Origin: Actinomycetota bacterium
GTDB lineage: Bacteria; Actinomycetota; Geothermincolia; Fen-727; Anoxymicrobiaceae
Reading direction: 5' to 3'
Assembly (NCBI GenBank): GCA_018831265.1
Contig: JAHJCO010000052.1
Coordinates: 22,597-86,596, forward strand
Length of the DNA stretch: 64,000 bases
Shown here: positions 45,366-54,945 of the stretch, piece by piece
Layout of the letters: each line of letters opens with the position of its first letter
Numbering within the stretch: position 1 is the first letter of the stretch
Notes under the pieces: generated by a model
The model's database searches: none
What the model was told of the DNA's origin: nothing
The model's input: the letters and a program-made list of their open reading frames with translations, nothing else
Position numbers and translations under genes: made by a program

Positions 45366-47504
45366 CTAGGGCAGCGGCTTCTCCGGGGGCATGGGCTCCT
45401 CGGGTAGGTTCCTGTCCTCGGGGAGATTCCGCAGCTCAGGCAGCTCCCGCTGCTCGGGTAGCCGCTGCTCGACGGGAGGCATCGGGGCCGGCGGCTCAGT
45501 ATCGGGCTTCGGTCCAGGTCCGGGCTCCTTCTTCTGCCTCGGCGGCTTCTCCGCGCCCCCCGAGAACCCGAGCGGACCCTTCGCCCCGGACTGGCTCTTC
45601 TCCAGCACCCCCATCAGCTGCGCGGCCAGCCCCTCCAGCGTCTGCCCGCCGCCGACCACCAGTATGCTTGGAACGAACGTCTGGCCGCTGCGGGAGAGGG
45701 CGTCCACCGCGTTGACCATCGCAGTGGGTACCGAGCCCAGCGCCTGCACCTGTGCCTGGTACGCCTTCGCCCGGGCCATACCGACCGCCTCCACCTCGGC
45801 GCCCATCGCGCGCCCGGTCTCGGCGATGTAGGTGGCCTCGCCGTCGGCCTGTGCCTTGCGGGCGTTGGCGTTGTTGATGTTTATGTCCACACCGACCTTC
45901 GACTGGGCCAGTTGCGCCTGCATATCGGCGGTGCCCCGCGCCTGCTCCGTCTCGATCCTCTGGGTCTGGGCGTCCTTCTGCTTCTGGTAGGTCTCTATCT
46001 CCTGCCTGGCGATCTCCCGTTCGGTCAGCACCCGGACCATGTCCGGCGGGAAGACCACGTCCTGGATGTACACTCCCCTGGTCTCGACCTGGTAGTCGTC
46101 CAGCTTCTCCTTGATGTGCTCGAAGGCCTGCTCCTGGACCTGCTGCCTGGTCTCTATGAACTGCACGGCCTGCATGCTCTGCAGCTTGTCCCTGAAGTGG
46201 TTGCCGACCGCCGCCTGTAGAACCTCGTTGACCAGGTTCTGCATGGTCCCGACCATGGAGATGACCTTGGGCGCCCGCGTGTCCGGCACGTGTATCTGGA
46301 CCTGCAGGTCGATGGCGAATACGAAGCCCTCGCGGCTCTTGGCGACTATCTGCTTGAGCTGCCGGTCCAGGTTGTGCGCCTCGGAGCTGGCCTCCGCCCA
46401 GTTGAGGGTGAGGATGGCCGTGGGCACTATCTCGGACTGGTACACGCGCGGGTTCAGGGGGTACTTGCCGGTGCGCAGCGGCTCCTGCCAGATGCCGCGG
46501 TGGCCCGGCTTCACCAGCGAGCCGAACTTGAACATCTCGCCGGAGGTGTCCTCGGTCGCCAGGCCCACGTAGGCCTTGATGACCGCCACCTCGCCCTGGT
46601 TCACCACCAGCATCGGTATCAGCTCGACGCTGACCAGGAACGGGTTCAGAGCGTAGGCCCCGTAGAGCAGCGGGTCGTGCTGGAGGCCGATCTTGCCCCC
46701 GTTGTCCAGGAACGCCTGGTAGTCCTGGTAGTTGTTGTGTACCGCGTTCTTGCTGCCCAGGAGGTTCTCGATGAGCTCCAGGTCGCCCGCTCCCTGCTGC
46801 TCCAGGACGTCGACGTCCTGGAAGCCGCCCAGCCGGTTCGCGATGTCACCGCTGGGAAGAGGCTCGCCCTCGAAGGTGGTGACTATTCCCACCATGTCGA
46901 TGACGTCGTCCGTCTGCGGGCTGGGCTGCGGCGCTATCCGAACCAGGTAGAGCTGGTCCGGGTAGAGCCCGAACGTCTCGGGGGTCAGCCCCTGCTCGTT
47001 CGCGATCTGCTGGAACTCCGGGGCGATGGGAATGCCGTAGATCTTCTCCCTGGTGATGACCAGGAAGCCGATGGGGTGGACGGGGGCCGATGTACCCGGC
47101 GGGAGCACCGGGCGCTGGACGCCCTTCTGGCCTCCGCTCGCTACGAACCCCTCGAGATCGGAGAAGTTGCCGAACTCATTGCGGTAGACCGCGGACTTCG
47201 CCCCTATCGGCAACGGCAGGCCGACCTGCGCGATGACCACGCCTATCTCCCCGGCCGGCACCTGGACCCACGGGAGCTTCTGCACTTTGTATACGATCCA
47301 GAACTTCCAGCGCCAGCCCGGCATCAGCATCTCTGACTGGTAGCCGGCCTCGCCGTTGAAAGCGACCGGGTTGTCCTCGCCCAGCTTCTTGAAGGAGAAC
47401 CTCTTGATGACGAGTCCCACCTGCGTGGGTCCGATCCTGCGGATGGACGGGACCACGAGCGCGATGGCAAGCAGCACTGCGAGGATGATGATGAGCGCGG
47501 TCAT
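45366..47504 (-). CDS. SPFH/band-7 (flotillin-like) membrane protein with long coiled-coil and Pro/Glu-rich C-terminus
   Basis: N-terminal TM MTALIIILAVLLAIALVV; SPFH domain; EA-rich coiled coil (AQTQRIETEQARGTADMQAQ...). Confidence 0.7.
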   Translation of the reverse strand: MTALIIILAVLLAIALVVPSIRRIGPTQVGLVIKRFSFKKLGEDNPVAFNGEAGYQSEMLMPGWRWKFWIVYKVQKLPWVQVPAGEIGVVIAQVGLPLPIGAKSAVYRNEFGNFSDLEGFVASGGQKGVQRPVLPPGTSAPVHPIGFLVITREKIYGIPIAPEFQQIANEQGLTPETFGLYPDQLYLVRIAPQPSPQTDDVIDMVGIVTTFEGEPLPSGDIANRLGGFQDVDVLEQQGAGDLELIENLLGSKNAVHNNYQDYQAFLDNGGKIGLQHDPLLYGAYALNPFLVSVELIPMLVVNQGEVAVIKAYVGLATEDTSGEMFKFGSLVKPGHRGIWQEPLRTGKYPLNPRVYQSEIVPTAILTLNWAEASSEAHNLDRQLKQIVAKSREGFVFAIDLQVQIHVPDTRAPKVISMVGTMQNLVNEVLQAAVGNHFRDKLQSMQAVQFIETRQQVQEQAFEHIKEKLDDYQVETRGVYIQDVVFPPDMVRVLTEREIARQEIETYQKQKDAQTQRIETEQARGTADMQAQLAQSKVGVDININNANARKAQADGEATYIAETGRAMGAEVEAVGMARAKAYQAQVQALGSVPTAMVNAVDALSRSGQTFVPSILVVGGGQTLEGLAAQLMGVLEKSQSGAKGPLGFSGGAEKPPRQKKEPGPGPKPDTEPPAPMPPVEQRLPEQRELPELRNLPEDRNLPEEPMPPEKPLP

Positions 47505-47617
47505 ACCGACCTCCCTGGGGTGATGGTGTCCCGAAGGACCGCTTCTTGCCGCCTTCCCCGGCGGTGGTGTGTAGTATATTCCTTGCGGGACGGCAATCCA
47601 AGGAGAGTGGAGGCGCG

Positions 47618-48721
47618 ATGCGGAGGCGGGCCGTTGACAGGCAGGGGGTCCCCGGGAATCGCGGGGGGGACGCGTTGAACGTCGGCCTGACCCCCGCGGA
47701 CGACGCCCGGCACCGCATGAGGGCTCCGCTGAGCTACGAGTGGTGGTACTTCGACGCAGCCTTCTCCGACGGGCACGGCGTGGTGGCGATAATCTGGCCC
47801 ATGAACTACTCCAAGCCGTGGCGGAGGCAGTGCACGGTGCAGCTCTCCATCTATACCCCGGAGGGCGGATGCCACAAGGACTACGCCTTCCCCGCGCGCC
47901 GGCTCTTCAGCGCCTCATACAATACGTGCGATGTCACGGTTGGCGATTCCTTCATGCGCGGCGCCTGGCCCCGCTACGAGGTGCGGGTCGCCTCCGGTGG
48001 CCTGGAGGTGGACCTCGAGTTCGAGGCTCGCACGCCCGGCTGGAAGCCCGGCACCGCCGTGAACTACCTGCCCTTCCCGTTGTTCAAGAGCATGGGCTGG
48101 CTGGTGCCCCTGCCGGTCGCGTCCGTCAGCGGGATGCTGCGCTACGGAGGCCGCGAGTTGTCCGTCGAGGGCCACGGCTACCACGACCACAACTGGGGCG
48201 AGGCGCCGATCTTTCACATGGTGGACAACTGGAACTGGGGACACCTGGTCTCCGGTGACCTGGCGGTGACATGGGCCGACATCACCATGTACCGGGGTAT
48301 TGGGTTCGAGCGGACCTACATGCTGCTGGTGAGCCATGGCGACCGTCTCGTCTACGAGTCGCCGTCCCTCCGAGTCGATTACTCCGACTGGCGGCGCGAG
48401 CCCGGGTACCTGCACCCCTACCCTGCGACCGTCTCCGTCTCGTTCGGGTCCAGGAGCGAGCCGGTGAACGGCGCACTGACCATGAGCGTGCAGCGGGTGG
48501 TGGAGACCCAGGACCTGCTCCAGATGGTCGGCATACCGGACCTGCTGGAGCGGCTGGTGCACAGGTTCATAGCGAAGCCCTACTACTTCCGCTGGGACTC
48601 ACTGGTGAAGGGCTCGGTAGAGATGGAGGGGCGGCGGTTCGACATCGACGGGCGGACCATCCACGAGCAGATGCTCTTCAGAGGCCGGATGCCGGAGCGC
48701 CTCGCCCGCGACGCACTGTAG
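47618..48721 (+). CDS. CrtC/AttH-like lipocalin-fold protein (hydroxyneurosporene synthase-like)
   Basis: AAGGAGAGTGGAGG RBS; motif PLSYEWWYFDAAFSDGHG is characteristic of the CrtC/AttH family. Confidence 0.55.
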   Translation: MRRRAVDRQGVPGNRGGDALNVGLTPADDARHRMRAPLSYEWWYFDAAFSDGHGVVAIIWPMNYSKPWRRQCTVQLSIYTPEGGCHKDYAFPARRLFSASYNTCDVTVGDSFMRGAWPRYEVRVASGGLEVDLEFEARTPGWKPGTAVNYLPFPLFKSMGWLVPLPVASVSGMLRYGGRELSVEGHGYHDHNWGEAPIFHMVDNWNWGHLVSGDLAVTWADITMYRGIGFERTYMLLVSHGDRLVYESPSLRVDYSDWRREPGYLHPYPATVSVSFGSRSEPVNGALTMSVQRVVETQDLLQMVGIPDLLERLVHRFIAKPYYFRWDSLVKGSVEMEGRRFDIDGRTIHEQMLFRGRMPERLARDAL

Positions 48722-48750
48722 CAAAAGGGTCAGACCATTTTGCTACAGTC
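48722..48750. terminator. hairpin GTAGCAAAAGGGTCAGACCATTTTGCTAC directly after the stop
   Basis: Imperfect GCAAAAGGG/CCATTTTGC arms around TCAGACC. Confidence 0.4.
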
Positions 48751-48776
48751 CCGCAGTACGCCCTGATCCTTGCGAG

Positions 48777-49520
48777 TCAGTCCGGGCTTACACCGGTGAA
48801 AACAGGCGAGGCGAAGACGGTGTACACCGCGCCCCCATATGACCAGTACGGTTCGGCCGCCGCGCCGGACGAATAACCCTCGTTCAGTTCTTTCCAGGCC
48901 GTCGTCGCCGTGTCGCCCGTCACCACCATCCCGTCCGGCTGGGCCGCAGAGGCGCCCAGGTCCGGCGCGCCCGCTGGCCACGCTGATACCTGCGCTCCCT
49001 CCGGCGGGCCCGCCGCCGTCGCGTGAAGCCTTATCTTGTCCGGGACGTACGCGGCACCGCCCGGAACCGGAACCGCCATCACGGCCTTGACGATCTTGTC
49101 CCAGTTCGCGGGCGTGGCGGGGCGATCCGTCGAGGTGGTATAGGTGCCGGTGAGGATGACTACCGAGAGGGTCTCCCTGGCCCCTCCCGGCAGGGGCTTG
49201 CCCGTGTAGACCTTGTTCAGACCGAAGAACCCGTAGCCGTCCAGCGTCCTGAGCAGCTCGTCTATCTGCGACGCGCTTATCTTCCCGCTGATGAACTGGT
49301 AGGGCCCCTGTTTCTTGATCACGGTTCCGTCCTGGTAGACGAGGACCACGGGGACCGTCGGGTTGTAGGCCGGCGATATCGCCTTGACCGACCGGTAGTC
49401 GACGACCGGCAGGTCCTTGCATGTTGAGAGCGACAGGTCGCGGGTCCCGCAGCCTCCGGCGGCCGGCAGGGCGAGCGAAATAATGATGGTTATCGCGATC
49501 GCGGCCGTCCTTCTTCGCAT
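48777..49520 (-). CDS. lipoprotein, function unknown
   Basis: MRRRTAAIAITIIISLALPAAGGCG... lipobox. Confidence 0.5.
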   Translation of the reverse strand: MRRRTAAIAITIIISLALPAAGGCGTRDLSLSTCKDLPVVDYRSVKAISPAYNPTVPVVLVYQDGTVIKKQGPYQFISGKISASQIDELLRTLDGYGFFGLNKVYTGKPLPGGARETLSVVILTGTYTTSTDRPATPANWDKIVKAVMAVPVPGGAAYVPDKIRLHATAAGPPEGAQVSAWPAGAPDLGASAAQPDGMVVTGDTATTAWKELNEGYSSGAAAEPYWSYGGAVYTVFASPVFTGVSPD

Positions 49521-49663
49521 GACGCTCTCCTCTCTTATTCACTGATAATCTATCCGAAACCGGGCTCGATTTCGAACCGGCGGCGTTCTTCGTTTGCCCA
49601 CCGGCCCTGCGGCATATAGGATAATCGTCGGGGCCGTCGGCCTGGCGGCTCCCGGCGAAGGGG

Positions 49664-50932
49664 GTGGCAATGGACGACGAGAAAGCCTACGGCCTGTATC
49701 GATACCGCTGGGTGGTGCTCGGGGCGTTCATGGTGGTGGGGGCCCTCACCCAGCTGATGTGGCTCAACTACGCGGCAATAACCGTCTCCACCAACGAACT
49801 TACCGGCGTGGCTGAGATCATGGGCCGCAGCGAATCGAGCATCACGCTCCTGGCGACGATGTTCCCCCTCCTCTATATCCCCGTATCGATACCGGCCGGC
49901 ATAATCATAGACCGGAAGGGATTCCGCTTCGCGGTCCTGCTGGGCGCCGTGCTCACCGCCGGCTTCTCGTTCCTGAGGTTGTTCGCCGGCAACTACCCGC
50001 TGGTCCTGATCGGCATGATAGGCATCGCCATAGGGCAGCCTTTCGTCCTGAACAGCATCACCAAGATGGTGTCGGCCTGGTTCCCCACCGAGGAATCGGC
50101 CCTGGCAACGGGCATCGCCACACTGTCGCTGTTCCTGGGGATGATAGTAGCCCTCGCCCTCACCCCGGCTCTGCTGAAGGGGTTCGGCGACGACCTCAGC
50201 GCCGTCCGCTGGATCGTGCTGGTCTACAGTCTCGCCGCCGCAGGGGGTGCCGTACTGTTCGCCCTGCTGGCCCGCGCCAAGCCGCCGAAGCCGCCGAAGC
50301 GCACCGAGGAAGAACTGCAGGGAGAGGATGCGGCCATCAACTGGGGCAGTCTCCGCGCGATATTCGACCTCTATAACTTCCGGCTACTCTGCGCAATCAT
50401 ACTGATAGGCAACGGGGCCTTCGTGGGGATACTCCAGCTCATCGACCAGATACTCAAGCCGAAGGGCATCTCGCAGGACACCGCGGGTTTCATCGGCGCC
50501 GTGATGGTCATGGCGGGGGTCGTCGGCTGTGTGGTCATCCCCGGCCTGTCGGACAAGTACAGGCGGCGCAAGCCGTTCCTGCTGATTGCGGCGGGAGTGG
50601 CCATACCCACCCTTTTCCTGATCGCGCAGCTCCAGAGCGCCGCGCAGATATACGTCGTCGCGGCTTTCACGGGATTCTTCCTGTTCAGCGCCTTTCCGCT
50701 GGTGCTCACCTTCGCGGAGGAGACCACCGGTCACGCCCTCACCGGCACGGCGACCTCGATCCTGCTGTTGCTGGGAAACGCCGGCGGGGTCATCCTCACG
50801 CTGTTGATGATCGCGCTCAAGAACGTGACCGGCACGCCGTTCTACCTGTCGATGATAATGCTGGTCGTCCTCTTCGGCGTGGCGCTCCTCATCGCGACGT
50901 TCCTCAAGGAACCCGTGGCGAAAAAGGTCTGA
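49664..50932 (+). CDS. MFS transporter
   Basis: 12 predicted TM helices; MFS-like loop motifs. Confidence 0.75.
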   Translation: MAMDDEKAYGLYRYRWVVLGAFMVVGALTQLMWLNYAAITVSTNELTGVAEIMGRSESSITLLATMFPLLYIPVSIPAGIIIDRKGFRFAVLLGAVLTAGFSFLRLFAGNYPLVLIGMIGIAIGQPFVLNSITKMVSAWFPTEESALATGIATLSLFLGMIVALALTPALLKGFGDDLSAVRWIVLVYSLAAAGGAVLFALLARAKPPKPPKRTEEELQGEDAAINWGSLRAIFDLYNFRLLCAIILIGNGAFVGILQLIDQILKPKGISQDTAGFIGAVMVMAGVVGCVVIPGLSDKYRRRKPFLLIAAGVAIPTLFLIAQLQSAAQIYVVAAFTGFFLFSAFPLVLTFAEETTGHALTGTATSILLLLGNAGGVILTLLMIALKNVTGTPFYLSMIMLVVLFGVALLIATFLKEPVAKKV

Positions 50933-50938
50933 CTAGAT

Positions 50939-50986
50939 GGGTGCCAGGCAGGATTCAAGTCACATGACTTGAATCCTGCCTGGCAC
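50939..50986. repeat. 48-nt perfect palindrome GGTGCCAGGCAGGATTCAAGTCA-CA-TGACTTGAATCCTGCCTGGCACC
   Basis: Seen directly. It combines the GGTGCCAGGCA core with the TTCAAGTCACA motif of the MITE. Confidence 0.55.
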
Positions 50987-50996
50987 CGTTTTGTTT

Positions 50997-51100
50997 CTCG
51001 AGCAACTACCAAGTGACTAGGCTTGGGGTCAGGCACAATTCAAGTCACACCATACAGGTTGTCCAGCATTGAAGCTGACATTGAATTGAGCCTGACCCCC
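50997..51100. mobile_element. partial MITE copy (3' half; near-identical to 13000-13102)
   Basis: CTCGAGCAACTACCAAGTGACTAGGCTTGGGGTCAGGCACAATTCAAGTCACACCATACAGGTTGTCCAGCATTGAAGCTGACATTGAATTGAGCCTGACCCC. Confidence 0.65.
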
Positions 51101-51104
51101 TCGG

Positions 51105-52775
51105 TCAATCCGCAAACCCTCCGATGGTGTCCGTGCCCGATCCCCTGGAGTTGGAGTACATGGCCCTCTCGCACATTATCTTCCGACCGGCCGTCCGCGA
51201 CGTCACCATCACCGAGGCCCTGCCCACGGGCAGCTTCTCGGCCATGCTGTAGGACTTCCGGGAGTTGGGCTGCAGGGTGTCGGATAGCGTCAGGGATGCA
51301 CCCCCGTTCTCCGGCAGGTAGTACAGGTCTATGGCCACCGACACAGTGTTGGGGTTCTGGACGAGCGTCCAGGTCTCCCAGCCGTCGGAGGTCTGACCGT
51401 CCGGGAGGTAGAACGTGGTGTGGGGTGATGGCATCCCCACCGAGTCGTGGCATGCCTCGCCGGTCCCGTTGTCCCAGTACATGGCCCGCTCGGCGATTAT
51501 GGGGCGTGAGCCGTGGACCTGTGTGGACAGGTCGTGCCCGGGCAGCACGTTGTTGACGTTGATGGTCATCCTCGAGTTGGCCGGCATGGTCACAGGCGGC
51601 TGGGGCTGCGGACCGAAGTCTGCCGTCATGTAGGTCACCGTGACCTCGGCCGGCTCGCTGTCCGGGTTCTGTACCAGCACGTAGGTGGTGAACCCCCAGT
51701 CGGTGGTCCCCTCGGCCAGGTAGTAGTCGGTCGCCGGGGTGGTGGTCCCGATGGAGTCGTGGCCCTCGCGCCGGTTGTTGCGGTACATGGCCCTCTCGGG
51801 TATCACCGGCACGTCGGAGACCACCCGGATGGATGCGTCGGCCTCACCTATGTCTTGCGCCATGTTGAAGGTGGCCCGGGAGTTGGGGGGGACAACCTTG
51901 TCGAAGGTGGCCGGACCCGCTCCCTCTATCATGTAGGTGAGGGTCAGGTGGGCCTCGCTCCCGTTGGGGTTCTGCACCAGCAGCCAGCACTCGAAGCCCC
52001 AGTCGCTGGAGCCCTCGGCCAGGTACCAGGTGTCGTCCGGTGAGGTGACCCCCACCGAGGAGTGGGACTCGGGAGACGAGGCGCCCCCTCCCGTCCAGGT
52101 CATGGTGCGGTCCACGGCGATGGTCTCACCCTCCAGGCAGGTCACCCGGGTGGAGAAGTCACGCGCCCCCAGGTCGTCGGCCGGGAAGAGGGTGGTCTGG
52201 GAGAGGGGGGGCAGGGTTATGTCGGGCCTGCCCACCGGGCCGTCTCCGGTCATGTAGGTGACGCGGGCGATGACCGGCTCCTCGTTGGGGTTCTGGATGG
52301 ATATGCGGGTCTGGAACCCCCAGTCGGTGGTACCCTCGGCGAGGTACCAGGTGGGGGTAGGCTCAGAGGTAGGCTCAGGCGGCGGCTCCGGTGGCACGGT
52401 GACCGTAAAGTCGACAGCGTTGCTGTCCCCGCCTGCCGCGTGTACCAGCACCGGTCCGCTGGTCGCGCCGGACGGCACCGCGCAGATGACCTGGGTCGGG
52501 GCCCACGTGGTGTACGAGGTCGCGGCTTTCCCATTGAAGGTCACGGTGTTGGTCGCCTGGGTCTCGTTGAAGTTGGTCCCGGTCAGTGTCACAGGCGAGC
52601 CTACGGGCCCCGACGGCGGGTTGATGCCCGAGATCGCGGGGGCGGGAACGGTCGCGCTCGAGACGCTGTCCGGCCGCCTCGTGGCGTGAACCGAAAACAG
52701 GGCCAGCCCGGCTACCAGGCCGACGACCAGGACGAAGGATATCGCGTGCTTACGCCTCATTTGTGAAACCTCCAT
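51105..52775 (-). CDS. secreted modular protein: signal peptide + IPT/TIG-like domain + 4-module WYLAEG...AERAMYW block ending GTDTIGGFAD
   Basis: Modules: PTWYLAEGTTDWGFQTRISIQNPN, DTWYLAEGSSDWGFECWLLVQNPN, TDYYLAEGTTDWGFTTYVLVQNPD, TTFYLPDGQTSDGWETWTLVQNPN. Confidence 0.8.
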   Translation of the reverse strand: MEVSQMRRKHAISFVLVVGLVAGLALFSVHATRRPDSVSSATVPAPAISGINPPSGPVGSPVTLTGTNFNETQATNTVTFNGKAATSYTTWAPTQVICAVPSGATSGPVLVHAAGGDSNAVDFTVTVPPEPPPEPTSEPTPTWYLAEGTTDWGFQTRISIQNPNEEPVIARVTYMTGDGPVGRPDITLPPLSQTTLFPADDLGARDFSTRVTCLEGETIAVDRTMTWTGGGASSPESHSSVGVTSPDDTWYLAEGSSDWGFECWLLVQNPNGSEAHLTLTYMIEGAGPATFDKVVPPNSRATFNMAQDIGEADASIRVVSDVPVIPERAMYRNNRREGHDSIGTTTPATDYYLAEGTTDWGFTTYVLVQNPDSEPAEVTVTYMTADFGPQPQPPVTMPANSRMTINVNNVLPGHDLSTQVHGSRPIIAERAMYWDNGTGEACHDSVGMPSPHTTFYLPDGQTSDGWETWTLVQNPNTVSVAIDLYYLPENGGASLTLSDTLQPNSRKSYSMAEKLPVGRASVMVTSRTAGRKIMCERAMYSNSRGSGTDTIGGFAD

Positions 52776-52845
52776 AGTCCGACGCTAACCGGAAATGGTG
52801 TTTGCCACGCATTTTGTTACGGAAGTCGCAAAGGGGAGTTGCGAA

Positions 52846-52975
52846 GGGGTCAGGCACGAATGCAACAGTCGTCGCATCCTTGCTGTGAATGTAGGCTGTA
52901 CAAGACCCGCATATTGTTGTGCGGCCTGATGTAATCGCCTAATCGACCTGGCTGACTTGAATGGTGCCTGACCCC
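52846..52975. mobile_element. MITE-like element (about 130 bp) with terminal inverted repeats GGGGTCAGGCACGAATGCAA... / ...GACTTGAATGGTGCCTGACCCC
   Basis: Same terminal inverted repeat family but a different internal sequence. Confidence 0.55.
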
Positions 52976-52983
52976 GGTTTGAG

Positions 52984-53628
52984 TCAGAGGTCGAGGCGGT
53001 AGATATACCCTCGTACGTCCTCGCCGGGAAGCGAGTAGAAGAACATCTTGAGGGGGAACTCCCGGACACGCCGGAACCCGTAACGCTCGTAAAAGCCCCA
53101 GCTCACCGTGGAGTCGGTGGAGACGGTCGTGGAATCATAGCCGCGCTCCCGGACCCTGGTCACCCATTCGTCCATCAGCGCCCGCCCTATGCCGCCCCGG
53201 TATTCCTTCTGGGATGAGAGAAGCAGCACCTCGGCGCGGGTGTCCGTGTGCCTTATGACGAAGGAGATCTCGCCCTTGTGGTGGCGCCAGAACGCCGCCC
53301 TGCCGAACGGTGTCATGCAGTACCGGCGCAGCAATACTCTCAGGGTAAACCGGGCGGTCTCGACCAGGGACCGCAGCAGGGTGAGCCCCTCGCGCGGGAA
53401 GTAGCCGAAGAGCACGCCCCGGGCTTCTCCGTCCACCTCGGCGACCAGGGAAACCTGGGACATGCGTGCCGCCATCAGGATGGAGTCGGTCAACAGGCGC
53501 TTCTCGGCGTGGTCGATGAGCGGCCAGGAGTTGTGGTAGAAGCCGCTCACGAAGCACTCGTACGCTCCCTCTATGTCGCGGACCGGGTCGAACGCCCTGA
53601 CGTCGAACCCGTCATGCCCATCATCCAT
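52984..53628 (-). CDS. GNAT-family N-acetyltransferase
   Basis: Acetyl-CoA binding region ...RGGIGRALMDEWVTRVRERGY... Confidence 0.65.
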   Translation of the reverse strand: MDDGHDGFDVRAFDPVRDIEGAYECFVSGFYHNSWPLIDHAEKRLLTDSILMAARMSQVSLVAEVDGEARGVLFGYFPREGLTLLRSLVETARFTLRVLLRRYCMTPFGRAAFWRHHKGEISFVIRHTDTRAEVLLLSSQKEYRGGIGRALMDEWVTRVRERGYDSTTVSTDSTVSWGFYERYGFRRVREFPLKMFFYSLPGEDVRGYIYRLDL

Positions 53629-53942
53629 CCGCTCGCTCCTCGCGCCCGCACCGTACTACCATCCCAGTATAGACCGACCGCGGCCCGACGCGGGCGGGGG
53701 CAAGACTATCTTCTTCGCGCCGGATATCGTGTACATCCACGAACGCTCCGAGGCTCTCGGAGGGGTGGACCTCTACGTCGGGGACGGTGCCACCCTGGCC
53801 CGCCCCATCATACGAAAGCGAGACGAGGCGTTGATAGCCTACGACGGAATGGTGATGGATGTCTGACGCCGCGCTCCGACCCTGCACGCCCGGTCAAGAA
53901 GCCTTATGCTAACTGGCAAGAGCGACAGAAAGGGGTACGGAG

Positions 53943-54308
53943 ATGAGCAGCAGGACGAGGGCGGTTGTCCTTGGCATCCTGGTCATCGCGCTGCTGGCAC
54001 TGGCGGGCTGTGGCGGCGAGACCAGGACGACACCGACCACGCCGGGGACGTCACCCGGGTCGACCACCGGGAAGTCGGTCAGTATCAAGAACTTCTCGTT
54101 CGACCCATCCTCCCTCACGGTAGACGTCGGTGATAGGGTGGTCTGGACCAACGACGACGACGTCGATCACACCGTCACCGGTACGGGCCTCGACAGCGGG
54201 ACGCTCAAGCCGGGAGACACCTACTCGTTCACCTTCGACACCGCGGGCACGTACAACTACCAGTGCACATTGCACCCCGCCATGCAGGGCCAGGTTGTGG
54301 TCGAATAA
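53943..54308 (+). CDS. cupredoxin (type-1 blue copper protein, plastocyanin/amicyanin-like) lipoprotein
   Basis: Lipobox LALAGCGG. Copper ligands H (DHTV) ... C-T-L-H-P-A-M. Confidence 0.75.
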   Translation: MSSRTRAVVLGILVIALLALAGCGGETRTTPTTPGTSPGSTTGKSVSIKNFSFDPSSLTVDVGDRVVWTNDDDVDHTVTGTGLDSGTLKPGDTYSFTFDTAGTYNYQCTLHPAMQGQVVVE

Positions 54309-54373
54309 CCCAATAGCGGTCCCCGTTGGGGGGCGCTCTCTGACTCCGTTCAGCCGGCCCGTCCGCCTGCCAT

Positions 54374-54727
54374 CTACTGCGGGGGCGTAGGTCCCGTGTT
54401 GGTGTCCGGCGCGGGGGCCGGGGCCGGCGCAGGCTCGGGGGCCGGGGCTGGAGCCGGTTCCGCGGTAGGTGCCGGGGCCGGCTCGGGAGGGGGGGCCGCC
54501 TCCTGCGAAGGCTCGGGCTCAGGAGCGGGGGCCGGGGTCGCCTCCGGGGCGGGGGCCGGCGTCGTGGCAGCAGGTTGCGGCTGCGTGGACTGAGCCTCGG
54601 GCGTTTTCGAACCCGCCTCCTTCGTGGACTGCTTGGACGAGGTCACCGCCCCACACCCCGCCAGGACGAGGGCGCTGAGCGCCGCGATGACCGCGATGGC
54701 TATGAGGATCTTTGCTCTGCTCTGCAT
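54374..54727 (-). CDS. lipoprotein with Pro/Ala/Glu-rich low-complexity tail (PAPAPEP repeats)
   Basis: Lipobox LVLAGCG followed by about 80 aa of PAPAPEPAP repeats. Confidence 0.5.
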   Translation of the reverse strand: MQSRAKILIAIAVIAALSALVLAGCGAVTSSKQSTKEAGSKTPEAQSTQPQPAATTPAPAPEATPAPAPEPEPSQEAAPPPEPAPAPTAEPAPAPAPEPAPAPAPAPDTNTGPTPPQ

Positions 54728-54945
54728 CTGCTGTACCCTCCAGGGTCCGCCGGCACTTGGTTCACCTGTAGATGGGGGTTTGCGCCGGCGCGTTACGGGG
54801 ATCTACGTTTGCAGGGCGTGGAGTTCGTTCCGCCTGGGCCTTGAACGCAAAATTCACTCCGCGATGGCGAACATCAACGGACCGGGAACGAATTCCCGGC
54901 CCGGGGGTCGACGGATAGTGAGGGACTGAAGTCGCGGCTCAATGT

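Noticed and set aside
53573-53866. 97-aa ORF (…KTIFFAPDIVYIHERSEALGGVDLYVGDGATL…) in the GNAT-cupredoxin intergenic region
   Set aside because: It has no start-site support, and the protein's first third is a Ser/Pro-rich low-complexity stretch. It could be a decayed fragment of a hydrolase, but the evidence is insufficient to call.
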